Positions 40,943 to 50,616 of a DNA stretch of 64,000 nt are shown here, in pieces. The position numbers were made by a program, and so were the translations under genes. Under the pieces are notes generated by a model. The model was given only the letters and a program-made list of their open reading frames with translations, was not told the origin of the DNA and made no database searches. How positions within the stretch are numbered: position 1 is the first letter of the stretch; each line of letters opens with the position of its first letter. The DNA is from an uncultured Actinomycetes bacterium (lineage in GTDB: Bacteria; Actinomycetota; Thermoleophilia; UBA2241): positions 320,001 to 384,000 of the forward strand of contig CAVRZA010000001.1 of assembly GCA_963725665.1 (NCBI GenBank), in the 5' to 3' direction.

Positions 40943-42331
40943 TCAGTCGCCCGCGTCCGCTCGCGTGCCGCAGGCGGCGGCGTACGCGTCGATGACGGTC
41001 AGCACGTGACGGCGGACGAGATCGGCGGGGCCGTCCACGTGCTCGCCGTCATGCAGAGCCGCGTACTCCAACGGCAGGTACTGGCTCAGGAGCGGCGGCG
41101 GGATGCGAGCGTCACCCAGGTTGTCAATGAGTCTCTCGACGGCGTCGCGTACCTGTGGTTCGGCCCAGTAGTAGCGCGCGCGGTCGCTGTAACTGAAGGC
41201 GCGCGCCAGGGCGAGCTCGTTCTCGTCGCCGCTGTAGTAGGCCCGCCAGTGCTCGGGACGTTCGACCATCGCCCGGTCCAGCGTCGCGCGCAGGCGGGAG
41301 GACTCGAGGCCGTGACGCCCTGCGAGCAGGGCGCGCTCGATCTCCTCGAGGGCGAAGAGGGCCTCGCGCACAGCGAAGGTGAGCGCCGGGCCGACCTTGA
41401 GGACGGCGAAGTGGTCCTCGACGAGACGCGCGAGCGAGACCGGCGTCTGGTAGTCGGTGGAGTGCGCCTCAAAGACCAGAGGGTGGCCGGCCGGAGCGAG
41501 CGGCCGCCGCTCGCCGATGAACGACGACAGAGCGGCGGCCGCTCGCGGATCGTACTCGTGCACGACCTGGTCGCCGAACTCCACGCCCGGCTGCACGACC
41601 AGGGCGACCACCCGCCCCCAGGCATCTTCGAGCCCGGCGTCGACGAAGGCCGCGCGCGTGAGCGTCAGGGTGCGCTCGACCTCGGCGACGGTCGTGACGG
41701 CGACGAGCTCGCCGCCCGCCAGCTCGCCGCCCGGCGCGGGCACTTCGGTGCCGACGACGTAGATGGGCGCGGGAGAGCCCTCGGGCAGCTCGCGACGCGC
41801 CTCCTCCGCGACTCGGCAAAGGTCGGCCGCGCGCCGCGTCGCGAGACGCTCGTCGAGGGCCATGTCGTCGCCACCCGGGTCGCCGCCGAGGCGCATGCTG
41901 GCGTCGAGGTGGATCTTCGTGTAGCCGGCCAGCACACAGGCGCGCACGAGCTCGGCTGCCTTGGCCATGGCCACACCAGCGGGCTCGCGCTGCCACGGGT
42001 AAGGGCCGAGATGGTCGCCACCGACGATGAGGCGCGACGGTGCGAGGCCGAGCTCGCCGGCGATCGCCTCGAGGTGGGCGCGAAAGGCGGCCGGCGTCAT
42101 GCCGGTGTAGCCACCGTACTGGTTCACCTGGTTGCAGGTCGACTCGACGCAGAGGACGGTGTCGTCGCGCAGCGCCTGGAGCACGGCGGCTTCCAGGACG
42201 AAACGCTCGGCGGAACAGATCGAGGGCAGGCCCACGCGCGCGCCGGCGAGGTTGGCGGCGACGAGTTCCGGGAGAAGCTCCACGGCGTTAGCGGGGCCGC
42301 CGGCCGCGGGGAGGTCGTGGGCGGTGTCCAT
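40943..42331 (-). CDS. gatZ: GatZ/KbaZ family protein (putative tagatose-6-phosphate 4-epimerase)
   Basis: NQVNQYGGYTGM, GGDHLGP, KIHLDAS, GTEVP, VVQPGVEF, FEAHSTDYQ, LKVGPALTF, SYSDRARYYW. Confidence 0.92.
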   Translation of the reverse strand: MDTAHDLPAAGGPANAVELLPELVAANLAGARVGLPSICSAERFVLEAAVLQALRDDTVLCVESTCNQVNQYGGYTGMTPAAFRAHLEAIAGELGLAPSRLIVGGDHLGPYPWQREPAGVAMAKAAELVRACVLAGYTKIHLDASMRLGGDPGGDDMALDERLATRRAADLCRVAEEARRELPEGSPAPIYVVGTEVPAPGGELAGGELVAVTTVAEVERTLTLTRAAFVDAGLEDAWGRVVALVVQPGVEFGDQVVHEYDPRAAAALSSFIGERRPLAPAGHPLVFEAHSTDYQTPVSLARLVEDHFAVLKVGPALTFAVREALFALEEIERALLAGRHGLESSRLRATLDRAMVERPEHWRAYYSGDENELALARAFSYSDRARYYWAEPQVRDAVERLIDNLGDARIPPPLLSQYLPLEYAALHDGEHVDGPADLVRRHVLTVIDAYAAACGTRADAGD

Positions 42332-42343
42332 CCGGGGATCCGT

Positions 42344-43363
42344 CTAGGGGCGAGGCGCGGCGCCGGCGGCAGCCAGGGCCTCGTCGAGGGTCGGCTGCCA
42401 GCCGGCGCCGCCGGCGCCGCGCAGCGAGAGAGCGCCGCAGGCGGCGCCGAGGGCGAGGCTCGCCTCGATGTCGCGTCCGGTGAGCCAGCCGGCGAGAAAG
42501 CCGGCGTCGAAGCTGTCGCCGGCGCCGACGCTGTCGGCGACGCCGGCGGTCACGGCCGGTACGCTCGCGAGCCGGCCGTCGACGAGCGCGAGGGCGCCGT
42601 CGGCGCCGCACTTGACGGCAGGCAGTGGTCCCAGTGCCGCCAGATGCCGCATCGCAACGACGATTGGGTCCTCACTCCGCGGAGCCGAGGCGCCGGATCC
42701 CGAGGCTCGACTCCCCGACGACCCCAGCGTGCCGGCCATCGCGAGCGCCTCCTCGCTGTTCGGCAGCAGTATGTCGGTCAGCGGCAACAGGTCGGTCAGG
42801 CCATCCCAACGGTCGGCCGGGTCCCAGTTGGTGTCGAGCGATGTCGTGAGGTCCGCGGCGTGCGCATCCGCGAAGAGGCCGGGCAGCTCGCCGGCGAGCA
42901 GAGGCTGCAAGAAGAACGAGCTCGCGTGCAGGTGGCGCGCGTCGCGCAAGAGTCCGCGGTCGACCATCTCGGCCGTCAGCGCCGGCAGGCAGCCGGGGAA
43001 CGTCAGCATGGCGCGGTCGTTCTCGCGCACGAGGTGCACGGTGAGCCCGGTGGCGAGGCTCCCGTGGGTGACGCAGCCCGAGGTGACGACGCCGCGGGCC
43101 GCCAGCTGCTCGAGCATGAAGTGGCCCGCGGCGTCGTCACCGACGAGAGCCACGAGGGCGGTGCGCAGGCCGAGGCGCGCCGCCCCGCAAGCGAGGATGG
43201 CGGCCGATCCGCCGATGGTGAGCGTGCCGGTGTCGACGAGTTGCTCGACCTGGGCGTAGAAGATCTCCTCTGGGACGCCGCTCACGATGACGTCCGGGTT
43301 GGCGTCGCCGACCACGAGGAGGTCGAGGCGCCGGGACCCAGCCGGCGGCGGCATGCGTCTCAC
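42344..43363 (-). CDS. PfkB-family carbohydrate kinase
   Basis: GGSAAILACGAARLG, PNSEEA, DSVGAGDSFDAG. Confidence 0.92.
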   Translation of the reverse strand: MRRMPPPAGSRRLDLLVVGDANPDVIVSGVPEEIFYAQVEQLVDTGTLTIGGSAAILACGAARLGLRTALVALVGDDAAGHFMLEQLAARGVVTSGCVTHGSLATGLTVHLVRENDRAMLTFPGCLPALTAEMVDRGLLRDARHLHASSFFLQPLLAGELPGLFADAHAADLTTSLDTNWDPADRWDGLTDLLPLTDILLPNSEEALAMAGTLGSSGSRASGSGASAPRSEDPIVVAMRHLAALGPLPAVKCGADGALALVDGRLASVPAVTAGVADSVGAGDSFDAGFLAGWLTGRDIEASLALGAACGALSLRGAGGAGWQPTLDEALAAAGAAPRP

Positions 43364-43408
43364 CCGGCTCCCCTCTCAGGCTGCTGTCTGGGACCGCCGT
43401 TCACGCCG

Positions 43409-44701
43409 CTATCGTAGACCCGGCGGGAGCGCCTCGCGGTGGGCTGTAAGCAGCTCGTCGACCATCGCCTCCATCCGCTCGAGCGAAAGCGTGGCTGCGG
43501 CGTTCGGGTCGAGGGCCACCGCCTGGAGCACGTGGTCGCGTCGCTCCTCGAGGGCCGCCTGCACGGCGAGCTCGACGACGTTCAGGAAGGTGCGGTCGAG
43601 GGCGGCGCACTGCGGGGGAAGGTCGCCCACGACGGTCGGCTGCACGCCGGCGCGGTCGACCAGGCAGGGCACCTCGACACAGGCGTCGGCGAGCAGGTTG
43701 GTGATCAGTCCGGCGTTGCGCACGTTGCCGTAGATCGTGCGCTGCTCGCCGGTCACCAGCGAGTGGATGATCAGCGACGCGTACTCCCGGCTGCGCGCGA
43801 TCTCGAACGGCTCGCCGGCCGCCAGCTTGCGCTTCTCCTCGGCGTAGAGCCCCAGGTTCTCCTCGCTGCGGCGGATGTACTCGCCGACGGGGATGCGCAG
43901 GCGCGCGATCTCGTCCTCGTCGTGCATGAACCAGGGCACGTACTCCGCGAAATGCTCGCTCGACTCGGTAGGGAAGTAGCCGAACAGCTTGTAGATCTGC
44001 ACGCGCACGTGACGACCGAGCCCCTCGGGGTCGGCGGCGACGGCCTCGTCGAGCAGGGGGTAGAGGTCCTCGCCGTCGCGCTCCAAGCGCAGGACCCAGC
44101 TCATGTGGTTCACCCCGGCGCCGAGGAAGGTGACTCCTTCCGGCGGCACGCCGACGTACTCGGCGATCTGCCGCGACGTGTTCTGGATTGAGTGGCAGAG
44201 GCCGACGATGCGCTTGTGCGCCGATGCCGTGTAGTAGGCCCAGCAGTTCATGGCCATCGGGTTGGTGTAGTTGAGGAGCCAGGCGTGCGGGCAGAGTTCG
44301 ACGATGTCGCGTCCGATGTCGAGGAAGACGGGGATGCTGCGCAGGGCGCGGAAGACGGCCCCGACGCCCGAGGTGTCGCCGATCGTCTGGCGCAGCCCGT
44401 ACTTCGCCGGGATGTCGAAGTCGAGACGCGTCGCGGCGATGCCGCCGACCTCGATGGTGTTGATGACGAAGTCGGCGCCCTGCAGGGCGCGGCGGCGATC
44501 CAGGTGACTCTCGATACGGGCGTGGGCGCCGACCGCGCCGTTGGTCCAGCGCGCCATGGCCTCGGCCGTCGCGAGCCGTTCCGGATCGATATCGTGGAGG
44601 ACGATCTCGCTCTCGGCGAGCTCGGGGAAGGTCAGGATGTCGCCGAGGAGATTGCGCGTGAACTCGACGCTCCCGGCGCCGATGAAGACGATGCGTGCCA
44701 T
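43409..44701 (-). CDS. melA: GH4 NAD-dependent alpha-galactosidase
   Basis: IVFIGAGS, QTIGDT, NYTNPM, GLCHS, GVNHMSW, TESSEHFAEY, VEVPC. Confidence 0.9.
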   Translation of the reverse strand: MARIVFIGAGSVEFTRNLLGDILTFPELAESEIVLHDIDPERLATAEAMARWTNGAVGAHARIESHLDRRRALQGADFVINTIEVGGIAATRLDFDIPAKYGLRQTIGDTSGVGAVFRALRSIPVFLDIGRDIVELCPHAWLLNYTNPMAMNCWAYYTASAHKRIVGLCHSIQNTSRQIAEYVGVPPEGVTFLGAGVNHMSWVLRLERDGEDLYPLLDEAVAADPEGLGRHVRVQIYKLFGYFPTESSEHFAEYVPWFMHDEDEIARLRIPVGEYIRRSEENLGLYAEEKRKLAAGEPFEIARSREYASLIIHSLVTGEQRTIYGNVRNAGLITNLLADACVEVPCLVDRAGVQPTVVGDLPPQCAALDRTFLNVVELAVQAALEERRDHVLQAVALDPNAAATLSLERMEAMVDELLTAHREALPPGLR

Positions 44702-44753
44702 GCCGCCCCTTGCCCTCGTGTCGCCGTCATCCAGTCGGACGACGAGTCCGTTC

Positions 44754-44793
44754 GTGAGCGATATTGTCCCAAGGTGGACAAAAGTGAGCAAGC
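44754..44793 (-). promoter_or_regulatory. melA promoter with overlapping 10-bp repeat operator
   Basis: Minus strand TTGCTC-17bp-GACAAT; plus-strand units GTGAGCGATA/TTGTCCCAAG/GTGGACAAAA/GTGAGCAAGC; palindrome TTGTCC-N6-GGACAA. Confidence 0.55.
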
Positions 44794-45003
44794 CCCGGAG
44801 GGGAGGCAGTCGCGTCGGCCGCCTACTCTTCCGTTGCCGCGCTCCGGCCGTCCGGCGGAGTGTGACGCTTCCCACCGTTCCGCACGCCTTCTCCGTCACG
44901 TTGCATATCGTGGAAGCTCTACCAGGCAGCCGGACGTTTCACCGGCGACATGCCGGGAATCCCGAAGATGGGAAGGTAGCCCGCGGAGCACAGGAGGGTC
45001 GCC

Positions 45004-45207
45004 ATGGTGACGCTGTCGTGCAAGGACCTCGGCCTAGAGACCTGCGAGTTCATCGCCGAGGCCGAGTCGGAACGTCACGTCGAGAACGTGATGTTCGACC
45101 ACATCCGAGACGAGCACCCAGAGCTGATCGCCGGTGTCACGGACGAGCAGCGCCGCGATCTCACGCACAGGATGCACCTCGCGGTCAAACCGAAGCTGGC
45201 GGCGTGA
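45004..45207 (+). CDS. DUF1059 small metal-binding protein
   Basis: SD GGAGG; LSCKDLG..CEF...HIRDEH. Confidence 0.85.
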   Translation: MVTLSCKDLGLETCEFIAEAESERHVENVMFDHIRDEHPELIAGVTDEQRRDLTHRMHLAVKPKLAA

Positions 45208-45211
45208 GATG

Positions 45212-45262
45212 ATGGGCGGGGCGGGCGGCGGCCCCGGCGGGGCCGCCGCCCGCCCCGCCCAT
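45212..45262. terminator. Perfect 24-bp-stem hairpin (terminator or REP-like)
   Basis: ATGGGCGGGGCGGGCGGCGGCCCC-GGC-exact reverse complement. Confidence 0.7.
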
Positions 45263-45285
45263 GTCGCAAGGCCGAAAGGACGACC

Positions 45286-45747
45286 GTGAAGTCGCACACC
45301 GTCTACCACACCTTCAGGACCGACGAGCGCCGGGCGTTCGTGCGCATCACCGACCTGGTGCAGGCCGCGGTCGACCAGTCGGGGATCCGCGAGGGCATGG
45401 CGCTGGTCTCGGCCATGCACATCACCGCTGGGGTCTGGGTCAACGACGACGAGCCGGGCATCCAGGCCGACGCGCTGGAGTGGCTCGACAAGCTCGCGCC
45501 GCCGACGTGGAAGGCGCCGGCGAACGAGGTCGCCGAAGCACTCGTGCCGGAGGGAGGCGACTACCGCCACCACCGGAGCGGCGAGGACAACGGCGACGCC
45601 CACCTCAAGAACCTCCTCGTCCACCACCAGGTCATCTTGCCGGTGACTGCCGGTCGTCTCGACCTCGGTCCCTGGCAGGCCGTCTTCTACTGCGAGTTCG
45701 ATGGCCGCCGCGGCAAGCGCCTCATCATCAAGGTCATGGGGGAGTAG
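45286..45747 (+). CDS. yjbQ: YjbQ/UPF0047 family protein
   Basis: [31 protein letters not shown]. Confidence 0.9.
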   Translation: MKSHTVYHTFRTDERRAFVRITDLVQAAVDQSGIREGMALVSAMHITAGVWVNDDEPGIQADALEWLDKLAPPTWKAPANEVAEALVPEGGDYRHHRSGEDNGDAHLKNLLVHHQVILPVTAGRLDLGPWQAVFYCEFDGRRGKRLIIKVMGE

Positions 45748-45832
45748 CCGTTGCCGCGCTGCTGGGCGGCACCGCATCTCGCGGCGCCCGCGTGCGGGAG
45801 TCCGGTTCGGCGGTGGTGACGCAGAAGAGCGA

Positions 45833-45872
45833 GCGGGCCGGGCCGGCGCGCGAGCGCGCCGGCCCGGCCCGC
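45833..45872. terminator. GC hairpin between convergent genes
   Basis: GCGGGCCGGGCCGGCGCGC-GA-exact reverse complement. Confidence 0.6.
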
Positions 45873-45911
45873 CCTCAAACAGAGCAGATCAGGTCAGAGC
45901 TGCGCGACACC

Positions 45912-46295
45912 TCACTCGAAGACGTCGCCGTACACCGTGAGCCCGTAGATGATGAGGCCGTAGACGACGAGGTTCACCATCGCCCAGAAGGGGGAGATGC
46001 CGAGGGCGAAGAACCACACCAGCATGCCGATGGAGGCCATGACGATGCCGCCGAACCTGCCGGCGCGACTGCCGCTCAAGATCAGCCAGCCGAGAAGCAT
46101 GCCCACCGCGCCGACGATGATCCAGATCCAGCCCCAGGCCTGCAGGTTGTCGTACAGGTAGGTGCCGTTCTTGAAGTACTCCTTGCGTGCCAGTGCCGCG
46201 ATACCGGAGATGATGTCGAAGCCGCCGACGATGAAGAACCAGATGCCGGCGAACATGGCGTAGTTCGCCCCCTTGCTGCGTGCGTGCTGATCCAT
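45912..46295 (-). CDS. Small 4-TM membrane protein (DUF7144-like)
   Basis: SD AAGGAG; FAG...GIAAL...WGWIWIIVG...PFWA. Confidence 0.8.
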   Translation of the reverse strand: MDQHARSKGANYAMFAGIWFFIVGGFDIISGIAALARKEYFKNGTYLYDNLQAWGWIWIIVGAVGMLLGWLILSGSRAGRFGGIVMASIGMLVWFFALGISPFWAMVNLVVYGLIIYGLTVYGDVFE

Positions 46296-46532
46296 GGGCT
46301 TGTCTCCTTTGCTGGACGCTTTGCTGTCGCTGTAGTCGACCGGGCTTCGACGGCGGGTGCGCTTCCAAGGCGGGCGCACTCCCGAATCACCGGCCCTGCG
46401 ACGACATGCCTACTATAGCCGTGCTGCCGCCGTCTTATTCATCCTCCGGGAGCAGCTTCCTCTGGGGCGTCTCGCGCGTCGGTGAGCCTCCTGCTACCGC
46501 TCGGTGGGCGTGTCCGCTCTCACCTCGGGGCT

Positions 46533-47817
46533 CTAGCGCACCGGCAGTTCCTCCGCAGCCGCTTCGGCCGCCTTCAGGGCGGCCGTCTCCTCCGCGGGCT
46601 CGGCGGGGCGCCGCCGTGCCCGCAGGAACGGGAACAGCGCCGCTCCGCCGACCCCCGTCAGCGCGACGAGGACGTAGGCCCCCTTCGGCCCTAACGTGTC
46701 CACCGCCATGCCTCCGAAGAGCGGCCCCAGCGCGTAGCCGCTGAGCCACACCAGCGTCCAGCTGCCCATGTAGCGGCCTCTCAGCTCTGGCGGAGCGAGC
46801 CGCGACACCACCGTCGTCGAGATGGGGATGAAGAGCATGACCCCGACACTCACGGCCACGAAGAGCCCGCGCGTTGCCCATCCGAACGGCACCAGCACCG
46901 CCCCTCCGAGACCGACGCCGATGAGGACGCTGGCGCAAGCCATGAGGAGCATCGGTTCGCGCCGGCGCACGAGGCGCACGACGGGGTACTGCAGGAGCGT
47001 TCCGGTCAAGGCATAGAGGGCCAGCAGCCTGCTCCACGACTCGGGCCCCGTGCCCTGCGCCTTCTCGAGCGCGACGGGGAAGATGGACCAGATCTGCCCG
47101 AAGCCGTACAGGGGCAGCAGCGCCGCGAGGCAGAAGAGCAGGAAGCGGCGGTCTCTGAGCACGACGCCGTACCCGCCGAGGGGTTCCCGCCGCCGCTCGA
47201 CGGTCGCCGGCCTAGTCTCCCTGAGCCAGAAGGCGATGATGATGATGAAGACGCAGCAGATCGTGCCACCGAGCAGAAACGACGAGCGAAACGAGGGGTC
47301 GACCACGAGCACCGCGCCGGCCAGGAGCGGACCGACGACCATGCCGGCGTTGACCGCTACTCGCGTGATGCCGAACGCCTCGGTGCGTCGTTCGAAGGAT
47401 GTGAGGTCGGCGACCATGGCGTTGCTCGCAGTCAGGTACATGGGCCACCCGAGCGCGGCTTCCCAGGCAATGAAGGCGACGAGCGGCGTGAGTTCGTGCA
47501 CGAGCCCCAAGGCGAGGTAGAGGGCAGCGCTGCCGGCGACGCCGAGAGCGAGGACGGGGCGGCGCCCCAGTCTGTCGGTGAGTGCGCCGCCGACGATCTG
47601 GAAGGGCAACCCGGCGAACACCGTGAGGCCGAGGATGAGTCCGACGGCGCTCATCGAGACACCCAGCCTGCCGGTCAAGTACAGGGTCTCGAACGGGTAC
47701 GCCGATTCGACGCCCGATCAGGTAGACGAACATCCCCAGCGAGAGCAGCCAGAACTGGGCGGGAAAGGCCCCCGCCTCGCGTCTCGCCCTGTCGGTCAGG
47801 CTCTCGTCCCACCTCAC
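46533..47817 (-). CDS. MFS transporter, frameshifted near the 5' end
   Basis: FPAQFWLL..MFVYLIG continues as VESAYPFETLYLTG if one G is removed (CCC at 47713-47715); GGALTDRLGRR motif A. Confidence 0.85.
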
Positions 47818-47933
47818 GGTCGCGATGCTAGCCCAGCGCCGATCACGAGGCGACCCGGCAGAGCCACCCCGCGCCTCGGCACGTGGTAGGCTGTGCCGTC
47901 TCGGATGCGAGGGGTCACAGACAAAGGGGGACT

Positions 47934-48314
47934 ATGGGCATCCTCATCCGCTTTCTGGTGACGGCTGCCGCGCTGCTCGTGGCGGTGCTCGTCGTGCCCG
48001 GCATCTCGGTCGGGTCCGGCGCGTGGTGGGCCGTCATCGTGATGACGATCGTACTGGCGCTCATCAACGCCATCGTGAAGCCGATCCTGGTCCTGCTGTC
48101 GTGCGGCTGCGTGGTGCTCACGCTCGGTATCTTCCTGCTCTTCATCAACGCCTTCACGCTCTGGTTCTCCTCGTGGATCGCCCAGAACGTGTTCAACGCC
48201 AACTTCGTCGTCGACGGCTTCTGGCCCGCGTTCTGGGGCGGCATCGTCGTCGCAATCGTCTCGTTCTTGCTCAACCTGGTGACCGGCGACGGCGGACGTC
48301 GCCGCCGCGCCTGA
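47934..48314 (+). CDS. YvlD/DUF360 (holin superfamily IV-like) membrane protein
   Basis: LINAIVKPIL...LTLGIFLLFINA...VDGFWPAFWG. Confidence 0.88.
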   Translation: MGILIRFLVTAAALLVAVLVVPGISVGSGAWWAVIVMTIVLALINAIVKPILVLLSCGCVVLTLGIFLLFINAFTLWFSSWIAQNVFNANFVVDGFWPAFWGGIVVAIVSFLLNLVTGDGGRRRRA

Positions 48315-48320
48315 AGGGAC

Positions 48321-48377
48321 GATGGGGCGGGGCGACGGCGCGTCTCTGCGAGAGACGCGCCGCCGCCCCGCCCCATC
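48321..48377. terminator. 27-bp-stem hairpin with one mismatch (terminator or REP-like)
   Basis: GATGGGGCGGGGCGACGGCGCGTCTCT-GCG-AGAGACGCGCCGCCGCCCCGCCCCATC. Confidence 0.7.
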
Positions 48378-48445
48378 TACGTACCCCCGTCGCGGCGACG
48401 CGCGCGCGGAGCGGGGCCTCTGAAGACTTCGGTGACCCGGCGGGG

Positions 48446-48709
48446 TCACATCTCGCTGCGATGCACCTCCGCGTAGTGCTGCTCTCGAGCGCTCCGGCCG
48501 CGACGGCGCAGGGCGTAGAGCAGAAGCTCCCACGCGACGACGGCCAGCACCATCGTGATGATGAGCATCAGCGAGAGCGGCAGCGTGATCGTGAAGAACA
48601 GGAAGTTGAAGTGGACGCTCCCGGTGTTCTGGAAGATGAAGAACAGGAGCATGATCGCGATCACCGCGGCGATGATCAGTTGCCCCTGGCCGTGCCGTCG
48701 TTGAGCCAT
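48446..48709 (-). CDS. LapA/DUF1049 family small membrane protein
   Basis: FIFQNTGSVHFNFLF...PL between two TMs. Confidence 0.82.
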   Translation of the reverse strand: MAQRRHGQGQLIIAAVIAIMLLFFIFQNTGSVHFNFLFFTITLPLSLMLIITMVLAVVAWELLLYALRRRGRSAREQHYAEVHRSEM

Positions 48710-48968
48710 GCCCTCTCCTTCTGCGTCGCCCGCGAGCGCCTCCGCAGGCGGCCTCCCGCGTAGTAGCGGCCGGGTCGTTGCTGCTCGGCTGCCGCCCGCC
48801 GCGGCGCTGTGCGCGGACAGAAACGGCGGAACGGTACAGAGACTTGTCCGACGCCGGCCCGTATTCTCCTTCTTCGCGACGCTCCCTTCGTCACCGGGCT
48901 CGTCGTCCGGGACCAGTGGCCACGGTTTCGTTCCTTGAGGATACGATACCCGTCAGCGAAAGGAGAAC

Positions 48969-50462
48969 GTGGACGAGCTTCTTCTCGGGCTCGACATCGG
49001 CTCGTCGAGCGCCAAGGCGCTGCTGGTGCGCCCCGACGGTTCGATCGTCGCGACCGCAAAGCGCGCGCATGAGATCGCCCGCCCCCAGCCGGGGTGGGCC
49101 GAGCAGGACGCCGACGGCGTGTGGTGGACGGCCGCCGTCTCGCTCACGCGCGAGCTGCTTGCCGCGAGACCGGGCCGCGTCGCCGCCGTCGGGGTCGTCG
49201 GGCTCGGCCCCTGCGTGCTGCCGGCCGACCCCCAAGGCCGGCCACTACGGCCGGCCATCCTCTACGGCATCGATCGCCGCGCCGTCGCCGAGATCGACGA
49301 GCTGAACGATCTGCTGGGCGCCGCGGAGGTCCTGCGGCGCTGCGGCTCGCCGCTCACGACGCAGGCCGTCGGCCCCAAGCTCCTCTGGCTGCGGCGCCGC
49401 GAACCTGCTGTGTGGGAGCGCACGAGGATGCTCTTCGGCGCGACGAGCTATCTCGTGCGCCGCCTCACCGGCGCCTACGTGCTCGACCACCACTCGGCGA
49501 GCCAGTCTGTGCCGCTCTACGACGTACACGAGAACGCCTGGATCGATGAGTGGACGGCCGCGGTCGCGCCAGGGCTGCCGCTGCCCGCGCTCGCCTGGCC
49601 GCAGGACGCCGTGGGTACGGTGAGCGCCGAGGCTGCGGCGGCTACCGGGCTGCCGGAGGGCATCCCGGTCGCCGCCGGCACCATCGACGCCTGGGGCGAG
49701 GCGTTCGGGTCGAGCGTGCGCGCCCTGGGGGACGTGCTGCTCGTGTACGGCACGACGCTTTTCGTGCTCGAAGCGCTGACGTCGGCGCGTCCCGATCCTC
49801 ACCTGTGGAGCACGACGAGCTTCCTGCCGGCGACGAGGAACCTGGCGGCCGGCACGGCCACGGCCGGCGCCCTCTCGGCCTGGTTCCGCCGTCTCATCGG
49901 TGACGTGCCCTTCGAGCAGCTACTCATGGAGGCCGCCGCCGTGCCGGCCGGCGCCGGCGGCCTCGTCGCGCTGCCCTACTTCGCCGGTGAGCGCGCCCCG
50001 CTCTTCGACGCTGACGCGCGGGGCGTGCTGGCCGGCCTCACGTTGGCCCATACGCGGGCTCACGTCTACCGCTCCCTGCTCGAGGGGACGGCGTTCGCGG
50101 TGCGCCACGCGCTCGAGGTGATGGCCGCGGCGGGCGGCAGCCAGCAGCGGTTCCTCTCGGCCGGGGGCGGTACGAGGGGGGGCGGACTGTGGCCGCAGAT
50201 CGTCTCCGATGTCATCGGCAGGCCCCAGGAGCTCCTCGCGGTCGTCGAGGGCGCCGGGTACGGCGCCGCCCTCCTCGCCGGCGTGGCCGCCGGCCTCGTG
50301 CCCTTCGGCAGCGTCTGGAACCGCGGGGAGCGCACCGTCGTGCCCACCGGCGAGACGGCCGACGTGTACGACCGGCTGTATGCGCTCTACCGCGAGCTGT
50401 ACCCCGCGACCCTGACGCAGGTCCACGCGCTCGCCGCGTTGCAGAGCGAGGCGCTCTCGTGA
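48969..50462 (+). CDS. FGGY-family carbohydrate kinase (xylulokinase-like)
   Basis: GLDIGSSSAK, PGWAEQD, PKLLW, LPYFAGERAP, LLEG, GGG; SD AAGGAG. Confidence 0.9.
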   Translation: MDELLLGLDIGSSSAKALLVRPDGSIVATAKRAHEIARPQPGWAEQDADGVWWTAAVSLTRELLAARPGRVAAVGVVGLGPCVLPADPQGRPLRPAILYGIDRRAVAEIDELNDLLGAAEVLRRCGSPLTTQAVGPKLLWLRRREPAVWERTRMLFGATSYLVRRLTGAYVLDHHSASQSVPLYDVHENAWIDEWTAAVAPGLPLPALAWPQDAVGTVSAEAAAATGLPEGIPVAAGTIDAWGEAFGSSVRALGDVLLVYGTTLFVLEALTSARPDPHLWSTTSFLPATRNLAAGTATAGALSAWFRRLIGDVPFEQLLMEAAAVPAGAGGLVALPYFAGERAPLFDADARGVLAGLTLAHTRAHVYRSLLEGTAFAVRHALEVMAAAGGSQQRFLSAGGGTRGGGLWPQIVSDVIGRPQELLAVVEGAGYGAALLAGVAAGLVPFGSVWNRGERTVVPTGETADVYDRLYALYRELYPATLTQVHALAALQSEALS

Positions 50463-50616
50463 GCCGCGCCGTCGACGTCACCCGCGATGCCCAGCCGCAC
50501 TCGAGACGCTGAGTCTGGCGTCTCACTATTCCGCTGACACTAGGATAGGCTGATGCCGTCGCAGGGGCACTCGGCGGCATCATCCGCCGTTTTCATGGCG
50601 ATCGAAAGGGGACCAC

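Noticed and set aside
46394-46412. Shared ATG(T/C)CGTCGCAGGG motif upstream of the DUF7144-like gene and hdeD (50553-50566)
   Set aside because: A 13/14 GC-rich match between only two sites is plausibly chance.
47934-48314. Holin-family gene as a sign of a prophage
   Set aside because: YvlD/DUF360 proteins are ordinary chromosomal genes; no endolysin, integrase or structural genes are present.
45212-48377. Hairpins as CRISPR repeats or IS ends
   Set aside because: No regular repeat-spacer array, cas gene, transposase or target-site duplication.
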